64,000 nucleotides of DNA from Bacilli bacterium. Its GTDB lineage: Bacteria; Bacillota_I; Bacilli_A; RFN20; CAG-826. Below are positions 46,976-56,769 of the stretch, piece by piece. Positions within the stretch are counted from its first letter, which is position 1. The number at the start of each line of letters is the position of its first letter. A model generated the notes under the pieces. That model saw nothing but the letters and a program-made list of their open reading frames with translations, searched no databases and was not told the DNA's origin. Where the stretch lies: positions 237,034 to 301,033 of the forward strand of contig JALCSW010000001.1 of NCBI GenBank assembly GCA_022653695.1, written 5' to 3'. The position numbers and the translations under genes are program-made.

Positions 46976-48117
46976 TAATGCCCATCTTCCTCAATCAGAG
47001 AAGCGATTTTTGGTTTGTGGGCGATGAGGTAATCGTCTTTTTCTTTTTCGTCAGCAAAAACAACGGATTTCCTCATGTCGACGACCATGGTCCCGGCGAT
47101 CCGCTCATGGAATGAGCGGCGCGTCTTGCTCACCATCAGGGACAGATAGTCGACGAGGGAAAGGACGGCGAAGGCCAAAAGGCCGATAAGAAGCGGATAG
47201 AGGCAGGCGAAGAGGCACTCCACGAGCATCAGGAGGGGGTGAGCCACCTTTCGGAATCCCTTGAGGCGGAAACCGTTCTTATCCGTAACGCCCAAATGGC
47301 AAACCGTCTTGCCGATGGTCTCGTCGTTCTTCCGGCATAGTGGGATCAGGAGAACGAAAACGAGGAAAGAGGGCCCTAAAGCGAGGGCGAAACCCGCCCC
47401 GCGCTTAAGCTGATACGAGGAGAGGGGGTCAACGACCGCGGATTCCCCGACGGCGATCCTCGCCGCGTCGACGGAAAGGCCGCCTGAGGAAGAAGAATCG
47501 TAGAAGTAAGCGTTAAGCTTCGCCAGGGTGTCGCTCAGTTCCCCACTTTCGCGATCGCCCACGATGGCCGCGTATTTTTCCTGAAGAACCGGCGGAGCCG
47601 AAAGATCGAGGGCGGGAGTCGCGCCCCCCTCCACGATGGCATAGGCGAAATACTTGTTGCTCCCGGCGCGCGAGGACTCGCTCGAAGGGTCCACGCCCGA
47701 AGGATCGGGAAGCCCCATCACGGTCTCATAGAAATAAGCCGAAGTGAAATGCTCGTCGGCCTTAACCCCATCCACCGCATCGCCGTTTTGAGGCAAAAAA
47801 TCGGTATAAAAGAGGTAGACGGCGCCCAAATTCAAATCATAGCCATCGCCGCTTTGGGAGGAACCCGAGGCATCGCCATAGAGTTTCAAGGTGTAACTGA
47901 CCGCCTGAGTCCCACTGTAGGAAATGGAGAAAAGACCCGTCTCGTCAAGATAGGCGCAAGCGGAGGAAAAGTCATCGTAGCCGCCCACGGCTTTAAGGAA
48001 GAAAGTCGATGTGACGAAGAAAAACAGAAGGAGCCCGCTCAAAAACGAAAGGGCCAAGTCGATCAAATGCGCAAGAACGCGCTTTCCGCTCGTCGGCTCC
48101 GCAATCTTTTCGTTCAT
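46975..48117 (-). CDS. RDD-family membrane protein with a large insertion (paralogue 1), 380 aa
   Basis: N-terminus GKRVLAHLIDLALSFLSGLLLFFF. C-terminus NDETIGKTVCHLGVTD...SFHERIAGTMVVD. Confidence 0.75.
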   Translation of the reverse strand: MNEKIAEPTSGKRVLAHLIDLALSFLSGLLLFFFVTSTFFLKAVGGYDDFSSACAYLDETGLFSISYSGTQAVSYTLKLYGDASGSSQSGDGYDLNLGAVYLFYTDFLPQNGDAVDGVKADEHFTSAYFYETVMGLPDPSGVDPSSESSRAGSNKYFAYAIVEGGATPALDLSAPPVLQEKYAAIVGDRESGELSDTLAKLNAYFYDSSSSGGLSVDAARIAVGESAVVDPLSSYQLKRGAGFALALGPSFLVFVLLIPLCRKNDETIGKTVCHLGVTDKNGFRLKGFRKVAHPLLMLVECLFACLYPLLIGLLAFAVLSLVDYLSLMVSKTRRSFHERIAGTMVVDMRKSVVFADEKEKDDYLIAHKPKIASLIEEDGH

Positions 48118-48167
48118 ACGAAAACAAGTTTAATCGTTAATGCCAGCCGATGCCATACGCGAACGCG

Positions 48168-48194
48168 AAAAAAAGCCCCATCTTACGATGAGGC
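48168..48194 (-). terminator. Rho-independent terminator after tuf
   Basis: The minus-strand RNA reads GCCUCAUC-GUAA-GAUGGGGC followed by a U7 run. Confidence 0.8.
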
Positions 48195-48212
48195 TTGATT
48201 GTCAAAGCCGAA

Positions 48213-49406
48213 TCAGTGAAGGATTTCGCTGACGGTGCCGGCGCCGACGGTCCGACCACCCTCACGGATGGAGAACTTGGTGCCCTGCTCAAGCGCGACG
48301 GGGTGAATGAGCTCGACGGTGAAGGTCACGTGGTCGCCCGGCATAACCATATCGGTCCCCGCGGGGAGGGTGATGTTGCCGGTGATGTCGGTAGTTCTGA
48401 AGAAGAACTGCGGACGATAGCCGTTGAGGAAGGCGGTGTGACGTCCACCCTCGTCTTTGGTGAGAACGTAAACGGTCGCGGTGAACTTGTCATGCGGAAC
48501 GATCGATCCCGGCTTGGCAAGGACTTGGCCACGCTCGACTTGATCGTGGGTGATGCCGCGGAGAAGGGCGCCGATGTTGTCGCCGCCTTGAGCGAAGTCA
48601 AGGGTCTTGCGGAACATCTCAAGGCCGGTGACGACGGTTTTCTGGGTCGGACGGATGCCGACGATTTCGACTTCGTCGTTGAGTTTGCACATACCGCGCT
48701 CAACACGGCCGGTGACGACGGTGCCGCGGCCCGAGATGGTCATGACATCCTCGATCGGCATGAGGAACGGCTTGTCGTTGGCGCGGACCGGATCCGGGAT
48801 GTAGGTGTCGAGGGCATTCATGAGCTCGAAGATGCACTTGCAGTTCGGATCGTCGGCGGTTTTGGCCTCGCCGGCAAGTTTGGCGCTGCCGCGGATGACC
48901 GGGGCGGTGTCGCCGGGGAAGCCGTACTTGGTGAGAAGGTCGCGGACGTCCATTTCGACGATGTCGATAAGTTCGGGATCGTCGACCATGTCGGTCTTGT
49001 TAAGGAACACGATGATGTAAGGGACGCCGACTTGGCGGGCGAGAAGAACGTGCTCGCGGGTCTGCGGCATGACGCCGTCGGCGGCGCTGACGACGAGGAT
49101 GGCCCCGTCCATCTGGGCGGCGCCGGTGATCATGTTCTTGACATAATCGGCGTGCCCCGGGCAGTCGACGTGGGCGTAATGGCGTTTTTCGGTCTCGTAC
49201 TCTTCGTGGGCGGTATTGATGGTGATGCCACGGGCCTTTTCCTCAGGGGTGCTGTCGATGCCGGCATAACCGACGTCTTTGCTGAAGCCCTTCATGGCCA
49301 GGACGTGCATGATGGCCGCGGTCAGGGTGGTCTTGCCGTGGTCGACGTGACCGATGGTGCCAACGTTAACGTGGACGCGGTCGCGGTTGAATTTCTGTTT
49401 TGCCAT
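48213..49406 (-). CDS. tuf: Elongation factor Tu, 397 aa
   Basis: Motifs [17 protein letters not shown] and NKTD, with overall EF-Tu sequence throughout. Confidence 0.97.
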   Translation of the reverse strand: MAKQKFNRDRVHVNVGTIGHVDHGKTTLTAAIMHVLAMKGFSKDVGYAGIDSTPEEKARGITINTAHEEYETEKRHYAHVDCPGHADYVKNMITGAAQMDGAILVVSAADGVMPQTREHVLLARQVGVPYIIVFLNKTDMVDDPELIDIVEMDVRDLLTKYGFPGDTAPVIRGSAKLAGEAKTADDPNCKCIFELMNALDTYIPDPVRANDKPFLMPIEDVMTISGRGTVVTGRVERGMCKLNDEVEIVGIRPTQKTVVTGLEMFRKTLDFAQGGDNIGALLRGITHDQVERGQVLAKPGSIVPHDKFTATVYVLTKDEGGRHTAFLNGYRPQFFFRTTDITGNITLPAGTDMVMPGDHVTFTVELIHPVALEQGTKFSIREGGRTVGAGTVSEILH

Positions 49407-49451
49407 TTGATATTTCCTCCAAAAATGGTTTCTTTAGAAAGTCGCTAGATA

Positions 49452-49480
49452 ATGATAGTCTATCGTTTTTGAGTTCGCAA
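49452..49480 (-). promoter_or_regulatory. Possible internal promoter for tuf in the fusA-tuf spacer
   Basis: The minus strand reads TTGCGA (49480-49475), a 17-nt spacer, then TATCAT (49457-49452). Confidence 0.35.
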
Positions 49481-49506
49481 CACTTTACCCTAAGGTAATG
49501 CGTGGC

Positions 49507-51609
49507 TTATCGGGACGAAACATTCGCGTTTTTGACGATTTCGTCTTGGACGTAACGCGGGGTCTCGCCATAGTGGTCGAACGTCATCGTGAAGTTGCCG
49601 CGTCCCTGGGTGAGCGAACGGAGGTCCGTCACGTAGCCGAACATCTCGGCAAGGGGGATGAAGCAATCGAGGACTTTCGCGTTGCCGCGCTGAGTGTCCT
49701 CGTTGATGAGCCCACGACGGCGGCTCACGTCGCCGAGGACATCGCCGTAATATTGCTCCGGAACGGTGATCTGAACCTTCATGATCGGCTCGAGGACGAC
49801 CGGATCGCATTTGACGCCGGCGGCCTTGAGGGCCAAGGAAGCCGCGATTTTGTAAGCCGCTTCGGAACTGTCGACCTCGTGGTAGGACCCGTCGAAGAGG
49901 GTCGCCTTGATGTCGATGATGGGATAGCCGGCGATGATGCCGCGCCCAAGCGCGTCCTCAAGGCCCTGCTGAGTCGGTTTGATGAACTCTTTCGGGACCG
50001 ATCCGCCGACGACGGCGTCGACGAACTCGAATCCTTTGCCCGGGTTCGGCTCGAAACGGATCCACACGTCGCCGTATTGGCCATGGCCGCCGGTCTGTTT
50101 AATATAACGGCCTTCGGCCTCGCCTTCCTTGCGGATGGTTTCACGGTAATTGACCTGCGGCTTGCCGACGTTGGCCGCGACGCCGAATTCGCGGCGCATG
50201 CGGTCTATAAGGACGTCAAGCTGCAACTCGCCGACGCCGCCGATGATGGTTTGGCCGGTTTCTTTGTCGGTGTGGACGCGGAAGGTCGGATCCTCCTCAG
50301 CGAGTTTCGTGAGGGCGACTTCCATTTTTTCCGTGTCGGCTTTCGTCTTCGGCTCCACCGCCTCTTCGAGGACTGGCTCCGGGAAGACAAGCCGCTCAAG
50401 GACGACCGGTTCGGCCGGATCGGTTAAGGTGTCGCCGGTGGTCGTGGACTTCAGGCCGACGACCGCGCCGATTTCCCCGGCGTGCAGAACGCTGACTTCC
50501 TGACGATGGTTGGCATGCATGAGGACCAGACGGGCGATGCGCTCCTGGTTCCCGCGGCTGGAGTTGAGGATATAGGTCCCGCTCTTCAGTTCGCCTTGGT
50601 AGACGCGGACATAGGCCAAACGGCCGATGAAGGGGTCCGTGGCGATTTTGAACGCCATGGCCACCAAAGGGGCCTCGTCGGTGACTTTACAGACGTAAGG
50701 CTGGCCTTTGAGCTCGCCTTTTTCGCCTGGGATCTCAAGCGGGGAGGGAAGGTAATCGATGACCGCGTCAAGGAGCGGCTGGATGCACTTGTCCTTGAAG
50801 GCGGTGCCGCAGAGGACCGGGAAGAATTTCGCGGTCATCGTGGCTTTGCGGATGGTGTCTTTCACGAGTTGGACGTCGGGCTCCTTGCCTTCGAGGACGT
50901 CCTCCATGAGGGCGTCGTCGTATTCGGCGAGGGTCTCGAGCAGTTTCTGATGGTACTTTTGGGCCTTGCCCATGAGCTCCTCGGGGATGGGCCCCACGAT
51001 CGGGGCGTCGTCCTTGTTGTTCGTGTAGGTGGTGCTGTTCATCGCCACGAGGTCGATCTCCCCGCGGAAGCCCGATTCCTTGCCCACCGGGTATTGGATG
51101 GCGGCGTATTTAACGCCGAGTTTTTCCTTAAGGGTGGCTAAGCACATCTCGAAGTCGGCCCCGATCGCGTCCATCTTGTTGCAGAAGACGATTCTCGGAA
51201 CGCCGTACTTGTCGGCTTGGCGCCAAACGGTTTCGGTCTGCGGCTCGACGCCGTTTTTGGAATCGAGGACGGTGACCGCCCCATCGAGGACGCGAAGCGA
51301 ACGCTCGACCTCAACGGTGAAGTCGACGTGCCCCGGGGTGTCGATGATGTTGACGCGGTTGCCTTTCCAGAAGCAAGTCGTGGCGCTCGAGGTGATCGTG
51401 ATGCCACGCTCCTGCTCCTGCGCCATCCAGTCCATGACGGCCGTGCCTTCGTGGACTTCGCCGATTTTGTGGGTGCGGCCCGTGTAATAGAGGATGCGCT
51501 CCGTCGTCGTCGTTTTGCCGGCGTCGATGTGGGCCATAATGCCAATATTTCTCGTGTGCGGGAGATCGTAGCTTGACGACTCCTTAATCATGTTTTCGCT
51601 GTTGGCCAT
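49507..51609 (-). CDS. fusA: Elongation factor G, 700 aa
   Basis: Motifs [17 protein letters not shown] and NKMD. Strong SD AAGGAGGA upstream of the ATG at 51609. Confidence 0.97.
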   Translation of the reverse strand: MANSENMIKESSSYDLPHTRNIGIMAHIDAGKTTTTERILYYTGRTHKIGEVHEGTAVMDWMAQEQERGITITSSATTCFWKGNRVNIIDTPGHVDFTVEVERSLRVLDGAVTVLDSKNGVEPQTETVWRQADKYGVPRIVFCNKMDAIGADFEMCLATLKEKLGVKYAAIQYPVGKESGFRGEIDLVAMNSTTYTNNKDDAPIVGPIPEELMGKAQKYHQKLLETLAEYDDALMEDVLEGKEPDVQLVKDTIRKATMTAKFFPVLCGTAFKDKCIQPLLDAVIDYLPSPLEIPGEKGELKGQPYVCKVTDEAPLVAMAFKIATDPFIGRLAYVRVYQGELKSGTYILNSSRGNQERIARLVLMHANHRQEVSVLHAGEIGAVVGLKSTTTGDTLTDPAEPVVLERLVFPEPVLEEAVEPKTKADTEKMEVALTKLAEEDPTFRVHTDKETGQTIIGGVGELQLDVLIDRMRREFGVAANVGKPQVNYRETIRKEGEAEGRYIKQTGGHGQYGDVWIRFEPNPGKGFEFVDAVVGGSVPKEFIKPTQQGLEDALGRGIIAGYPIIDIKATLFDGSYHEVDSSEAAYKIAASLALKAAGVKCDPVVLEPIMKVQITVPEQYYGDVLGDVSRRRGLINEDTQRGNAKVLDCFIPLAEMFGYVTDLRSLTQGRGNFTMTFDHYGETPRYVQDEIVKNANVSSR

Positions 51610-51620
51610 ACGTTTCCTCC

Positions 51621-52091
51621 TTACCAGCGATAATGCGCGTAGGCTTTGTTGGCCTCAGCCATCTTGTGAACGTCTTCCTTCTTCTTGACGGAAGCGCCGG
51701 TGCCGTTGGCGGCGTCGATGATTTCGGCCGCGAGTTTCTGCTCCATGGTCTTCTCGCTGCGAAGGCGGGAATAGGAAACGAGCCAGCGCAAGCCGAGGGT
51801 CTGCTTCCGTTCGGCCGTGACTTCGGTCGGGACCTGGAAGTTGGAGGCGCCGATGCGGCGCACCTTGAGCTCGACTTCCGGCATGATGTTGTTGAGGGCC
51901 GTCGAGAAGACGTCCGCGGCCGGCTTGCCGGTCTTTTTCTCGATGATCTTGAACGAATTGTAGATGATGGTCTGGGCGGTTCCGCGCTTGCCATCGTACA
52001 TGACCCGGTTAATCAAACGGGTGACGAGTTTGCTGCTATAGATAGGATCGGGAAGAACATCCCGCTTTTCGACTTTTCCTTTGCGTGACAT
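51621..52091 (-). CDS. rpsG: 30S ribosomal protein S7, 156 aa
   Basis: Canonical S7 sequence ([18 protein letters not shown]...) in str-operon order. Confidence 0.95.
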   Translation of the reverse strand: MSRKGKVEKRDVLPDPIYSSKLVTRLINRVMYDGKRGTAQTIIYNSFKIIEKKTGKPAADVFSTALNNIMPEVELKVRRIGASNFQVPTEVTAERKQTLGLRWLVSYSRLRSEKTMEQKLAAEIIDAANGTGASVKKKEDVHKMAEANKAYAHYRW

Positions 52092-52105
52092 GTCGCTATC
52101 CTCCC

Positions 52106-52528
52106 TTACTTGCTCTCCGGAGCCGGTTTCTTGGTTCCGTATTGGCTGCGGCCCTGACGGCGGGCTTCGATGCCGGCGCAGTCGAGGCAGCCACGGATGA
52201 TGTGGTACCGGACGCCCGGAAGATCCTTGACGCGGCCGCCGCGGATCATCACGGTGCTGTGCTCTTGGAGGTTATGGCCCTCCCCGCCGATATAGGCGGT
52301 CACCTCGTATCCGTTCGATAGGCGGACACGGGCGTACTTCCGAAGGGCCGAGTTCGGCTTTTTCGGGGTCATCGTGCCGACACGGGTGCAAACCCCGCGC
52401 TTTTGGGCGCTCGGCTGATCGCTGGCGCGCTTGGTGAGGTTGTTCCATCTCTTGCCAAGAGCCGGAGTCTTGGATTTCTTGACAGCGGTCTGACGGCCTT
52501 CCCTGACTAATTGGTTGATAGTAGGCAT
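52106..52528 (-). CDS. rpsL: 30S ribosomal protein S12, 140 aa
   Basis: Canonical S12 sequence ([12 protein letters not shown]...[10 protein letters not shown]...). Confidence 0.95.
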   Translation of the reverse strand: MPTINQLVREGRQTAVKKSKTPALGKRWNNLTKRASDQPSAQKRGVCTRVGTMTPKKPNSALRKYARVRLSNGYEVTAYIGGEGHNLQEHSTVMIRGGRVKDLPGVRYHIIRGCLDCAGIEARRQGRSQYGTKKPAPESK

Positions 52529-52630
52529 TTGTTAGTTTTTCTCCTTTGCCATTGAAGCACACATTTCCCAGTGTGTCTATCTTGTCCGCAAACAAAAAGC
52601 CAAATTGGCCTTTTCTCACGTCCGAGCGTA

Positions 52631-52659
52631 ACTATACACGCGCAAACGGAGCCTGTCAA
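52631..52659 (-). promoter_or_regulatory. Candidate str-operon promoter
   Basis: The minus strand reads TTGACA (52659-52654), a 17-nt spacer, then TATAGT (52636-52631). It sits about 100 nt upstream of rpsL. Confidence 0.6.
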
Positions 52660-52719
52660 TATCTTCCAAATCCGTTTTTAAGGCTTGAAAAACGATGTCT
52701 GAGATTCCTTCGACGCACG

Positions 52720-52750
52720 AAAAAAAGCCCCACCGCTCACGCGATGAGGC
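52720..52750 (-). terminator. Rho-independent terminator after rpoC
   Basis: The minus-strand RNA reads GCCUCAUCGC-GUGA-GCGGUGGGGC (10 bp with 2 G:U pairs) followed by a U7 run. Confidence 0.8.
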
Positions 52751-52771
52751 TTAAGTTCGTTTCGAAACGGA

Positions 52772-55700
52772 TCAGCGCTCGGCGTCCGGGCGGTCGTGGG
52801 CCTCGATGTACTGGTCCTTGACCTCCTGCATCTTCTCGGTGACGTTGAAGGCGGAGAGGCGAGCCTCTTCCTCCGCGTCGGTGAGCAGACCGGTTCCGGC
52901 CGGGATGAGTTTGCCCGTGATGACGTTCTCCTTTAGGCCGTGGAGGTTGTCCCTCTTGGCCTTGATGGCGGCGTCGGTGAGCACTCTCGTGGTCTCCTGG
53001 AAGGAAGCGGCCGAGAGGAACGATTCGGTTTCGAGGGCGGCCTTAGTGATGCCAAGGACGAGCGGATGGCCGAGGGCCGGCCGCTTTCCGGCGACGAGGG
53101 CCTCCTCGTTGGCCTCGGTGTAGCGATCGACGTCGACGCGGGTTCCCGGAAGGAGCGCCGTGTCGCCGCCGTCGATGATGAACATCTTGCGGAGCATCTG
53201 ACGGATGATGACCTCCAAGTGCTTGTCGGAAATTCCGATGCCTTGGGCGGCGTAAACCTTTTGAATCTCCTTAATCATATAGACTTCGACCTTCTCGACG
53301 TCGGACACCTCGAGCAGTTGCTTCGGGTTAATGGCGCCTTCGGTGATCTTGCCGCCGGCCTCGACATGGTCGCCCTTCTTGACGCGAAGGCGGGCGCCGT
53401 ATCCGGTGAGATACTCTTTGACCTCGGGCTTATCGGCCTCCGCGGTCTTCTTGGAAGAAGACTCGACGGTGACGCGGTAACGGCCGTTGTCCTCGGCTTT
53501 GATGTCGATGATGGTGCCGTCGATCTCGCTGATGAGCGCCTCGCCTTTCGGGTTGCGCGATTCCACGAGTTCCTGGACACGAGGCAGACCTTGGGTGATG
53601 TCGGTGCCCGCCATGCCGCCGGTATGGAAGACGCGCATCGTGAGCTGGGTGCCCGGCTCGCCGATGGACTGGGCCGCCATGATGCCGACCGCTTCGCCGA
53701 CGTCGACGAGGCGCCCGGTCGCCATGTTGCGACCGTAGCAATGCTGGCAGACGCCGTTGCGGGTCTGGCAGGTGAAGAGCGAGCGGATCTCGACTTCCTT
53801 GATGCCGGAATCCACGATTCGCTTCGCCTCATCCTCGCCGATCATGGCGTTGCCCGGCACAATGACCTCGCCGGTCTTGGGATCGACGATGTCGTGGCAG
53901 CTGAAGCGGCCGCTCAAACGGTCCTCAAGTTTGACGATGACGGTGTCGCGGGCCGTGTCGCGGATCTCGCGGACCTTGAATCCGTGGTCGCAGTGGCAGT
54001 CGACCTCGCGGACGACGACGTCTTGGGCGACGTCGACGAGACGGCGGGTCAGATAGCCCGAATCGGCGGTCTTCAAAGCCGTGTCGGCGCCGCCTTTGCG
54101 GGCGCCGTGGGTGTTGATGAAGAACTCGGCGACCTTCATGCCCTCGCGGTAGGAGGAGACGATCGGAAGCTCGATGGCTTCGTTTTTCGGGTTCATGACG
54201 AGGCCCTTCATGCCGATCAGTTGCTTGAAGTTGTCAAGCGAGCCGCGGGCGCCGGAGTCGCTCATGACGACCAGCGGGTTGCGCTTGTCGTGAGCCAACG
54301 CGTCGGCGACCTCGTCCTTGACCTTGTTGGTCACCTCGGTCCAGGCGCGGACGACCTCGCGATGCCGTTCGGCGTCGCTCAATAAGCCTTTGCGGAACAG
54401 CTTGGTGATTTTGTCGACCCGTTCCTGGCCTTCTTTGACTTGCTCGCCCTTGTTTTCGATGGCGCGGATGTCGCTGATGGCGACGGTGATGGCCGCGACC
54501 GTCGAGAAACGGAAGCCTTGGTCCTTGATTTTGTCGAGGATGGCGCTCGTCTTGCTCGGACGGAACTCGGTGTTCTCCGGGTCGACCATGTCGTATTTAT
54601 GGAAGATCTGGTTGATGATGACGCCGAGATCCTTCTTCTTGATGGGGTTGCGGAGCGGTTGCTTGGCGATGAAGGAGGGGATGTCGGTGCCCATGGGCAC
54701 GAACCAGCTCTCGATGTCGGACAAGGAAGCGTCCGGTTTGTCGTTAATATAGTGGAAATCGTCCGGGAAGATCTCGTTGAAGATGACCTTTCCGACGGTG
54801 GTGATGAGATACTTGCCCCTCACGTCAAGAGGAAGCGAGTCCTTGCTCAGATCGTCGCCGAACGTCTTATGGATGCTCGTCGCGCGGATGGCGATGCGGT
54901 TATGAAGCGAGATCGAACGGGTCTCATAGGCGTCGATGACCTCGTTGACCGAGGAAAAGACCTCGCCTTCGAGGGTCGCGTAGAGGTCGTATTTCCCAGC
55001 CTGCGTCTCGTTGGCCTCCCGCTCGGATTCCGAAATGACGCCTTCGTTGGACTTGTTGAGGTCGCGAAGCGCCTTGGCGCGGGCCTTGAAATCGTCGACG
55101 GACTCTTCCTGCGTGAGGAAATAGTTGCCGACGACCATGTCTTGCGACGGGATGCAAATAGGCTTGCCGTCCTTCGGGCCAAGGATGTTGTTGCTGGCGA
55201 GCATAAGCTCGAGCGCCTCTTCCTGCGCCGCTTTCCCAAGCGGGACGTGAACGGCCATCTGGTCGCCGTCGAAATCGGCGTTGAAACCGGTGCAAACGAG
55301 CGGATGGAGACGGATGGCGTGACCGTCGACGAGGACGGGCTGGAAAGCCTGGATGCCGAGACGGTGAAGGGTCGGGGCGCGGTTAAGGAGGACCGGGTGC
55401 TGGCTGATGATCTCCTCGACGATGTCGTAAACCACCGCGTCGTAGCGGTCGATGTACTTATCGGCCTGCTTGTGGGCGCTCACGTAGCCCCTCTTGATGA
55501 GGATGGCCGCGATGAAGGGCCGGAGAAGCTGAATCGCCATTTCGCGCGGAAGGCCGCACTGGTACATCTTGAGGGACGGGCCAACGGCGATGACGGAACG
55601 GCCGCTGTAATCGACGCGCTTGCCAAGGAGGTTCTGACGGAACCGGCCTTGCTTGCCTTTCAGACCGCTGGAAAGCGACTTAAGCGGGCGGCCGCTCGGG

Positions 55701-56752
55701 CCAGTGACCGGCTTGCTGCGGCGGCCGTTGTCGATGAGGGCGTCCACCGCTTCCTGAAGCATGCGCTTCTCGTTCATCAAGATGACGTAGGGGGCGTTCA
55801 TGTCGATCAGTTTCTTAAGGCGGGTGTTGCGCGAGATAACGCGGCGGTAAAGGTCGTTGAGGTCGCTCGCGGCGAAACGGCCGCCGTCGAGCTGAAGCAT
55901 CGGGCGGAGGTCAGGCGGGATCACGGGGATCACGTCGAGGACCATCCACTCCGGCTTCTGATCGCTGTCGCGGAAGGCCTGGATCGCCTCGAGGCGCTTC
56001 GTGAGGTTGCGCTGGCGCTGGCCGCTCACCTCATGCATCTCTTTGTTGATGGCGTTGAATTCCTTGTCGAGGTCGACTTCGTGGAGAAGGCGCTTCACGG
56101 CGGCGGCGCCTTCGCCGAATTCGGCGCGGGTGTACTTGCTGATGAAAGCGGCGTTCGTGAAGAAATCGAACGTCTCGTTGGGGTTCTGCATCTTCTCGAT
56201 GAGCTCGTCGGCCTTGAGGGCGTCGGCGCTTCCTTGCGGAATGTCGCCCTTGAAAGCCTCGATGACGCTCACGAATTCGACGCGGGCGATCTTCTCATCG
56301 AGGAAATCCTTGTACTTAAGGACGGTCGAAGTCCCCGGGTTCAGGACGATGTGGGCGGCGAAATAGACGACTTCCTCGAGTTGTTTCGGGGAAACGTCAA
56401 GGATGAGGCCCATCCGGGAAGGGATGCCCTTAAGGTACCAAATGTGGGTGCAGGGGCTCACGAGCTCGATGTGTCCGAAACGCTCGCGACGCCACTCTTT
56501 CGAAATGACCTCGACGCCGCACTTCTCGCAGGTGATGCCCTGGTAGCGGATCTTCTTGTATTTGCCGCAGTGGCACTCGTAGTCCTTGGCCGGACCGAAG
56601 ATCTTTTCGCAGAAGAGACCCCCCATTTCCGGCTTTTGGCTGCGGTAATTGATGGTCTCCGGCTTCGTGACTTCGCCGTGGGACCAAGCCCTGATGATAT
56701 CGGGGGAGGCGAGGCCGACCTGCATGGCGGCTAACTGATTGATGTCAAACAT
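52772..56752 (-). CDS. rpoC: DNA-directed RNA polymerase subunit beta', 1326 aa
   Basis: Zn-finger [23 protein letters not shown], catalytic [12 protein letters not shown] and collinear family sequence. Confidence 0.97.
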   Translation of the reverse strand: MFDINQLAAMQVGLASPDIIRAWSHGEVTKPETINYRSQKPEMGGLFCEKIFGPAKDYECHCGKYKKIRYQGITCEKCGVEVISKEWRRERFGHIELVSPCTHIWYLKGIPSRMGLILDVSPKQLEEVVYFAAHIVLNPGTSTVLKYKDFLDEKIARVEFVSVIEAFKGDIPQGSADALKADELIEKMQNPNETFDFFTNAAFISKYTRAEFGEGAAAVKRLLHEVDLDKEFNAINKEMHEVSGQRQRNLTKRLEAIQAFRDSDQKPEWMVLDVIPVIPPDLRPMLQLDGGRFAASDLNDLYRRVISRNTRLKKLIDMNAPYVILMNEKRMLQEAVDALIDNGRRSKPVTGPSGRPLKSLSSGLKGKQGRFRQNLLGKRVDYSGRSVIAVGPSLKMYQCGLPREMAIQLLRPFIAAILIKRGYVSAHKQADKYIDRYDAVVYDIVEEIISQHPVLLNRAPTLHRLGIQAFQPVLVDGHAIRLHPLVCTGFNADFDGDQMAVHVPLGKAAQEEALELMLASNNILGPKDGKPICIPSQDMVVGNYFLTQEESVDDFKARAKALRDLNKSNEGVISESEREANETQAGKYDLYATLEGEVFSSVNEVIDAYETRSISLHNRIAIRATSIHKTFGDDLSKDSLPLDVRGKYLITTVGKVIFNEIFPDDFHYINDKPDASLSDIESWFVPMGTDIPSFIAKQPLRNPIKKKDLGVIINQIFHKYDMVDPENTEFRPSKTSAILDKIKDQGFRFSTVAAITVAISDIRAIENKGEQVKEGQERVDKITKLFRKGLLSDAERHREVVRAWTEVTNKVKDEVADALAHDKRNPLVVMSDSGARGSLDNFKQLIGMKGLVMNPKNEAIELPIVSSYREGMKVAEFFINTHGARKGGADTALKTADSGYLTRRLVDVAQDVVVREVDCHCDHGFKVREIRDTARDTVIVKLEDRLSGRFSCHDIVDPKTGEVIVPGNAMIGEDEAKRIVDSGIKEVEIRSLFTCQTRNGVCQHCYGRNMATGRLVDVGEAVGIMAAQSIGEPGTQLTMRVFHTGGMAGTDITQGLPRVQELVESRNPKGEALISEIDGTIIDIKAEDNGRYRVTVESSSKKTAEADKPEVKEYLTGYGARLRVKKGDHVEAGGKITEGAINPKQLLEVSDVEKVEVYMIKEIQKVYAAQGIGISDKHLEVIIRQMLRKMFIIDGGDTALLPGTRVDVDRYTEANEEALVAGKRPALGHPLVLGITKAALETESFLSAASFQETTRVLTDAAIKAKRDNLHGLKENVITGKLIPAGTGLLTDAEEEARLSAFNVTEKMQEVKDQYIEAHDRPDAER

Positions 56753-56769
56753 GGTTCGTTATCCTCCTT

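Noticed and set aside
48195-49448. 417-aa plus-strand ORF opposite tuf, and 49498..50427 plus 50482..51141 opposite fusA
   Set aside because: They are antisense shadows of highly conserved translation-factor genes, with repetitive Gly/Asp/Val-rich translations.
54440-56734. 764-aa plus-strand ORF (and the 481-aa ORF at 52940..54385) opposite rpoC
   Set aside because: Same reasoning. These are antisense shadows of a conserved gene, with no SD or promoter context and no recognisable domains.
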